Shown here one piece after another: positions 56,844 to 64,000 of a stretch of 64,000 nt of DNA. The notes beneath the pieces were generated by a model. That model saw only the letters and a list, made by a program, of their open reading frames with translations. It was not told the DNA's origin and did no database searches. The DNA comes from Octopus vulgaris. Its lineage: Eukaryota. Positions within the stretch are counted from its first letter, which is position 1. Each line of letters opens with the position of its first letter. The stretch is from contig OX597815.1 in NCBI GenBank assembly GCA_951406725.2, forward strand, positions 12,710,001 through 12,774,000, read 5' to 3'. The position numbers were made by a program, and so were the translations under genes.

Positions 56844-57717
56844 TATACTCAAGGTTTATAACTTAAAATATTATTTTGCCGAACGCATTCATTTCGAGTA
56901 AGTGTATATTTCAAAATTCACCATCATACTATACGTTAACCAAATATTTATTAACCGGGTACCAATTAAAAACAAATTTGAATTGAATTAAGTATATAAA
57001 CACTCGTGGGACGAGAGATGTCGAACATGTGGTGTATACATAGAGTTGAATTTTCTACGAAATTAGGAGCCATATGTTTTCAGTTTAAACATATATTTCT
57101 GTAATATATTTTTATCTCAAAAGATATATTGCTCGAGGTGATTTTAATTTACTTAGTATGCATAATTTTGCATTAATTATGTTTTAATCTTCAGTGAAAA
57201 AGTTTTTGAAAACTTAATAGCCGCTACTTTGACAATAAATTAATTCATATTCAGAAGATTTTGTATATATATATAGGTTTGAGTTTGACTTAATCCGAAT
57301 TTCTTGATACACATTAACTCTGCACATTTAAGGCTAAAGAGAATAATTTCGAATTATATAGTGATTTCAACTCAATGTCAACGCTTCGTACTTTTCATTT
57401 TTTTTCTGAAGACTGTCCACATACTTAGCTTATTTGTTTTTAATTAGTAGAGGTGAGGGGCAGAGTTAAGGCACCCGGATATTAAAAACAACAGTTATCA
57501 AAACGTTACATGCGTCCTTGTTTATAGATAATTATATTTATATCTGTCTTTATATATTGCTGGATTTATTTTTCAATTCATTTAGTATGAATAATATCAT
57601 ATTAACATGTAGTAATCAAAATTTCGATTATATAATGGACACTTTTACTACAGTGATTTGCAGGATACATGTTATTTTCTTTTTCACTAAGAGATATTAA
57701 TGATATATAATAATTAG

Positions 57718-58138
57718 ATGGGTTTTTAGATTACCTTAAATTGATGTTAACGTCCAGAGATGGCATCTCATATTGACGACTCGCATTATTTAAGCAGCAA
57801 GTTCGCCACAAACACAGCCTCTAATTGCTATGAATGACGCTATCTTATTATGTAATTTAACCGTATCTGCCGATCATCAGTGGCAGCCAACGTCGCACCG
57901 AATGGCAGTTGAGAAAATTAGTCGAACCGATACAGTATAAGAATGACCAAACAGCTAGTGATCTAGCGAAAAGCTACCAGGCTACCAATACGTTGACTAT
58001 AAGCAAAATTAGAAGTGTTCGGAAGGAATTTCCATTGAATGAGTGGTTTAGATCACCTTAAACCGCTGTTAACGTCCACCGATGTCAACCGATGTTGACG
58101 ACGCGTTATTTAAGCATTGAAATCGTTACAGTCACTGC
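57718..58138. repeat. Diverged ~100-bp direct repeat pair (57718-57818 and 58041-58138)
   Basis: tagat.accttaaa..g.tgttaacgtcca..gatg.ca...at.ttgacgac..gc.ttatttaagca in both. Confidence 0.75.
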
Positions 58139-58877
58139 TAGTGTTGCTAATAACTAATCTTAATAGTATATAGTTGTACTAGTAGATAACATTCAAATTA
58201 GTTTATGCATTCCGCTCTACTACAGCTAGCTTGTGTAGCACCTACACAAATAAAAGTTTAATTCTTCTTTTGCGGGTGAATTTTCTGTATATATTTATAT
58301 GGCAAGGTATAAATATTTATGCTATCCCTGACCCTGCTTCAGCTCAAATATTTCTGTGCCAATGTAAACATATTTTAATGTTAACAGCAACAATCTAACT
58401 GAAAGGGAGTTCGCTGGAAGTTACATAATGATTATTGAAGCATATATGAAGGATTAAATGAAGAAATTAATCAAAAACTGAAGGAGGAAACGGCAAAGAA
58501 AGAATTCAGAAACACTGAATTAGAGCCTTTCTGGATGGTTGAAAACTTTTAAAAGTTTAAAAATATTTGATCTGTCTGAGCACAATTGTAAGGAAATCTT
58601 TCCAGTTGTGATTATCGATGTTTCCTAAATAAAAGGCCACTATCCTTAGTGTATCCATAGCGTTTGAAGCAGTTACCATACGAATATCAAAACCTCTTTG
58701 CTCTTTGCTTCAACCGCTGAATAGGTTCAAAACCAGTATATGCCTCAGCACGATTATACATAAAAGTAACTGCTACCCTGACACAAAGTCTCCTATGTCA
58801 ACAGCACTGGTGTTGTCCACTGGAAAGGCGGAGTTGAGAAAACCGAATAATCAGTAGCTGAGAGAGAGACAGAGAAG

Positions 58878-58937
<60 letters not shown>

Positions 58938-59167
58938 GAAATATATTACAAAAAGAAAAGAAAAAATACACGTGGAAATGTAAGGGTAAAATATGAAAAA
59001 TCAATGAAAATGCACATTGTAAATAAAAAAAAAGGCTTTTTATGAAAGGTAACGACAAATATATGCAATTAGTTGGACTGAGGTAGTCATAAGAGTCATA
59101 AAAGTCATTATTATGAGATGATTGTAAGATGATATATATATAATGATTTAACTTTTCCTCTCACACA

Positions 59168-59222
59168 GTCTACGATGAAGGTATATTATTATTAATTAAT
59201 ATTCTAGAAACAGCTGTAAGAC
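59168..59222 (+). ncRNA. Degenerate type I hammerhead-like motif in a (TA)n-flanked ~150-bp element
   Basis: GTCT-ACGATGA-aggtatatt..aatattcta-GAAAC-AGCT-GTA-AGAC; stem I GTCT/AGAC perfect; palindromic ACAGCTGT; core altered. Confidence 0.6.
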
Positions 59223-59293
59223 ATTCTATCTACAAATGCTCTAATATCTATACAGCCTTGTTTTCTTTATCTCATTATATATATATACACACA

Positions 59294-59331
<38 letters not shown>

Positions 59332-60039
59332 GACAGACAGACAGAGACAGAGTGAGTGAAAGGGGGATGAAATGCTCATAAGACTCCTCGTTCGAAAAAC
59401 AATCAAAATATGTTGAAAGGAAATAGACTACAACATCAAGTGTGGGAATTCGTAAATGAAAATCCATTGTTTCTAAAAGAAAGCCATAATGAAAGTCGTA
59501 TAGAAATGAGAGTAAGGGAAGTGAGTATCAAATGGTTTACAGTTTGAGAAACTGAGGGGTTTTTCTAGGCTAGCTGAGAATCCAAAATTTGTTTAACAGA
59601 ATCTTCTTGAGGATCCTTTTAAACCTAACCTCAATGATGTGAAGGAAATCATTGAAAAGAAACTTGATGAAGACTTGAAAGAGAATTAATGCGTAAGAAG
59701 TAAATCTTCATTTAATTTCATAGGTAAATGCTGGTTGAAAAGGGAAGTGTAGAGTGATATGAAACGATTTGATGAAGATGTATCTGAGAGTTCTTATAAA
59801 CAAAGAAAGTCTTTCATCGTCGCTGTACTTTCTAAAACAACAAAAATATTTCATGAACAAATAGAAGTAATACTTGTTTCTAACTTAAGAGAAGAGACTT
59901 GAAATTTGTAGATGGGAATCCTCCAGTTGAATGACCTTTTATAAACACCGGAAGGATGGCATTAATAGGATTTATCTCAGAATATATAGAACAGAAACGA
60001 AGACTGCTATGTATTTTCTCTAACGTTCTAATAATAATA

Positions 60040-60432
60040 ATAATAATGAAATTATTGTATACAGTGCTCAGGTGCACCACAACTTGTCAGAAAGTGCATA
60101 TAAAGTACATGCAGTAATGTAAAAATGTCTGGAAAACGAACAATGTATGAGTCAGATACATGCTTGCGTGTGTATGGAGGGGAGAAAGATCAGGTGTAGT
60201 GTTGGCGAATCTCAGGAAGCATGGAAGCCTTGAAGGATGCAGTGCTCGGACAACTAACAACTGATGCCGGCAGTTTGTTCCATGCTTCAGCAACTCTCAG
60301 CGTGAAAAAATGTTTTCTGAAGTCATGGGAGCTGTGCTGTTTTCTTACCTTGTAAATAGGTCCACGGGTGTTAGATGGGTGGAGTTTGAAAAGGTGCTCA
60401 GAGTTATTGTTTGTACGATGGTTGATAATAAC
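60040..60432 (-). mobile_element. CR1-clade LINE 3' end (ORF2 C-terminus, UTR, short tail)
   Basis: HLFKLHPSNTRGPIYKVRKQHSSHDFRKHFFTLRVAEAWNKLPASVV..SFK; ends in an (ATT)n tail. Confidence 0.85.
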
Positions 60433-60479
60433 TAACTCCTCAGTGCAAATAAGCTTCTGCGGGATCTGAATCTTCAACA

Positions 60480-60874
60480 ATGGGATAGAAGCACTCCGTC
60501 GGTTACGACGATGAGGGTTCCGGTTGATCCGAATCAACGGAACAGCCTGCTCGTGAAATTAACGTGTAAGTGGCTGAGCACTCCACAGACACGTGCACCC
60601 TTAACGTAGTTCTCAGGGATATTCAGCGTGACACAGAGAGTGACAAGGCCGGCCCCTTGAAATACAGGTACAACAGAAACAGGAAGTAAGATTGGAGTGA
60701 GAGAAAGTTGAGGCGAAAGAGTACAACAGGGGTCGCCACCCCCCCTGCCGGAGCCTCGTGGAGCTTTAGGTGTTTTCGCTCAATAAACACACACAACGCC
60801 CGGCCTGGGAATCGAAACCGCGATCCTCCGACCGCGAGTCAGCTGCCCTAACCACTGGGCCATTACGCCTCCAC
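60480..60874 (-). mobile_element. SINE family C, full length, with 10-bp TSD ATCTTCAACA
   Basis: TSD at 60470-60479 and 60875-60884; near-identical to 38693-39072. Confidence 0.92.
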
Positions 60875-62249
60875 ATCTTCAACATTAAAGGTAGAATGAA
60901 ATGACGTAATTTGTTTTTCGTTTCTTCCACCAACGTCACGTTCATAATTCCATAGTAACCATAAAGAATTCAAAGTTTGTGATTCTTAATATTAATTTTC
61001 AATTTGATTGGTTCAAGAAATCTTATACAGACGATGGGTCTCCTCATCTCATGCAAACACAGACGTTAACATCGCAGAAATAGGTACCTATTAATTGGTA
61101 GAAACAATATATTTTCGATAGATACTATCACAAAATTCATATTCATGCATATATGTGCATATGTGATTGTGTATGTGCTTGTGTATGTGTGCACTATTTA
61201 ATTTTAACCCTTAAGGAAAATTTTAGTTTGTAACTAAGTATTAAATATATCTGTCAGTAAAACTAAAACTGCATCATCTGTGTCGATTCACATGCTAAAC
61301 TATAGATAGTGCTAGATTGACGTTTCAGAGAACGATTATTAATACCACTGATCTGGAGACGTATCAGAATAAATGATTCTTGATATCATTTATTCTTTGT
61401 TCTCTTGCTAACCAGACAATTACTGGAAACTCAGGCCTGAACAAGTTAATGCCTCTGTAGGCCTGAACATATAACGTCTTACTCAACCTCTGTTGCCTTC
61501 TACCGGGCATCTTTGCCAGAAAATATTCAAAAACATTCGAGATAATGCAAGTGTTCTTTAGCATCAGTATATTCCATAAGAAATTGGTGTATTAGCTCAT
61601 ATTTTACCGAAGAATATATTTTTCTGCGTGTTTAGAGTTTTATTTGCTGGTAATCTACATGATGGATCTACGAAAAATATGCTCCGCATTATTTTGCATT
61701 GTTGCAGGAGTTAGGCTTGTTGATATTACGTTTTGTAACGGAGACAAGGATAGATTATTGGAATTTTCTTTTCTCAACACTACGGCTAGCCCTGATACAG
61801 AAGTGTACAGAAAAGACCTATAGCAGACACCATCCATACTCCCTTTCAGAAATAATGAAGAAAAGTTTGGGCCAATCAGTACGATTATAGAGAAGCGGCA
61901 TATTACCCACAGTTTGAAATGAAAATTATGTTCTCACTATCTTTTAAGCTATATTACTGACGTTATAACTGAAATCTGTTCACTCTACAGACTCGGACCA
62001 AACTATTTAAGAACATTTTTTTTGTTTGCGTTTACACAACATTTATTAACATTGATCATCAAAGTATTTTCTCCAGAACAATTTATATTATACACCTTGT
62101 ATCAGATACGGTGAACAAAACAAGATTCGTCCGTTTCAGCTTAAAATCAGGCTTCTTATGTTCAAATGACTAAACTGTAGTGGTGCGAAAGGGGAGTGGG
62201 TATTAATAAGCGCAGAAGCACAGGGTTTGCACCATTTTATAACTTTTTA

Positions 62250-62304
<55 letters not shown>

Positions 62305-62489
62305 GAATATGTGGAGATGTATATCTGTATGTAAACACACAAGCAAACACACACACAAACACACACACACTCACACATATTTATCATCAGTTATTAAGAA
62401 TCCCACCCATGAGGGATCGATGCTAGATGCGTCGAAACAATTGTGATTAATAAAAATTGTCATAGTTTTCATCTTCCGTCTTTCATTTA

Positions 62490-62524
<35 letters not shown>

Positions 62525-63294
62525 GATACATAGATACATAGATAGATAGATAGATAGATAGCTAGATAGATACATACATACATACATACATACATACATA
62601 CATACATACATACATACATACATACATACATACATACATACATACATACATACATACATACATACATACATACATACACAAATGTATGCACTACTAATTC
62701 GATGGGATGCTTTTTAAAGTCCGAGGCATATGAAAAGAAAACACGCAATACACGGTGGCAATTCATTCCAGTGGTGAAGTTTTCGTCAATGACGGCAAGT
62801 TCTTTGGTGTTTGGCAAACTACAAATCCAGGAGTTTCCAAAATACACAGAAACATTCAACGAGTTGTTACATAAAAATAAAAATGAAATAAGAAACAGAA
62901 CGTTTATATATTTTCGCAATAATGTTTCACATGGAGATGTTATTATGACGTAACATCGTACATTCACTTACGTTAGGCATGCAGCATGTTTATGATTATA
63001 TAATCTTTCATTATGTAATAATCCTAAATTGTCATGTAGCCGTAAGTAGCTCAGTATGTGATATCTTGTTAGCGCGGCAGAGTCAACAGAACCGGTTGCC
63101 CAATGACGTGCTGCTATTGTATAATGACGTATTGCATATTCTTATGCATGTTGCATGTCTCAGATAATTGAATGTACGAGCTAACATCATAGTAAAGTCT
63201 AATGAAACATTGTAGTGAGAGCATACAACACACACGCCCGCACACGTGCACACATACACATACACACACCCGCTAAATATAAATATATATGCTA

Positions 63295-63690
63295 TCTCTC
63301 TATATATATAAAGCTGAAGTTGTCTGTGTATGGCAGGTTTGGTAGCCTTCAACTAACACTATCTCCTCTGAGACCCCGTGGCGCAAGTTGACCAAAATTG
63401 AGAGTATGATAGAAGAAGGTTTGGTCTTCCTTCCGTAGAAGAAAAACTTCAAATCGGACCATGTTAACACCAAAAATTATTTACATCAAAAAGGTGCTTT
63501 TTTTTCAATGAAAATCCCAATTTTTTAACGATTTTTTGACTGCTGTGTTGGCATTTTTCGGTGTATTTCAACCAGAAAAATGTTCACTTTAAAGAGAATA
63601 ACAAGCTACATAATGCAAAATTTTTACTTTTCAAAATTCCAATTCTAAAGGGTCGAAACAAACCCGAGCAACGCTGGGCGATACTGCTAG
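63295..63690 (+). mobile_element. Non-autonomous Helitron, same family as 24999-25397
   Basis: A|TC start, hairpin cccgagcaacgctggg, CTAG|T end; colinear with the first copy. Confidence 0.88.
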
Positions 63691-64000
63691 TATATCATAT
63701 AGGAACTATATATTATAGCACATCTACACATCTATGATGGAGGCATAAAGTGAGGGAAGGATGTTATAACAGCAGTAATATGAATATAAATAGAAAACTT
63801 CTTTGTAGACGAAATTTTGTGTATGGTCAACACCGATTTTCAAATTACTGGAGACCGTTACTCTACTCACAGCGATGTATGACAGGCCGCGTGTAAACAT
63901 CGGAGTGGGTAAATATACACCTACACGATCTAGAGTCTGGAGGTATGCCTGAATGTAATTGATCAGACCACATGGGTAATCGTCGCCTGTAAAGGTCTGA

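Noticed and set aside
61385-61590. Strong-looking splice acceptor (ttctttgttctcttgctaaccag) followed by a possible exon
   Set aside because: The downstream frames I read hit stops before a convincing donor site.
62702-62953. 83-aa non-repetitive ORF (MGCFLKSEAYEKK..)
   Set aside because: Short, no recognisable domain, and within chance expectation.

Overview
AT-rich eukaryotic intergenic or intronic DNA, saturated with microsatellites and transposon debris. The SINE families and repeat density suggest an octopus-like (coleoid cephalopod) genome; this is an inference. No intact host protein-coding gene is supportable, and almost all listed ORFs are microsatellite artefacts. Supported features: several tRNA-derived SINE families (labelled A-D here), remnants of R4/Dong-like, Tx1/L1-like, CR1 and Penelope-like retroelements, a maT/Tc1-mariner transposase relic, three non-autonomous Helitrons, piggyBac-, hAT- and other MITE-like elements, several long fold-back palindromes, a 5S rRNA copy and a tRNA-Asp pseudogene. 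Best leads: (1) an intact type I hammerhead ribozyme in a small (TA)n-embedded element, with degenerate relatives elsewhere; (2) a SINE-B variant with a Tx1-like 3' tail that nearly always ends at the same position inside another SINE-B copy, suggesting self-targeting; (3) Pol III RNA chimeras: 5S rRNA fused to a structurally conserved retro-tail, and pre-tRNA-Asp abutting a SINE. Coordinates were counted by eye and those of degenerate elements are approximate.
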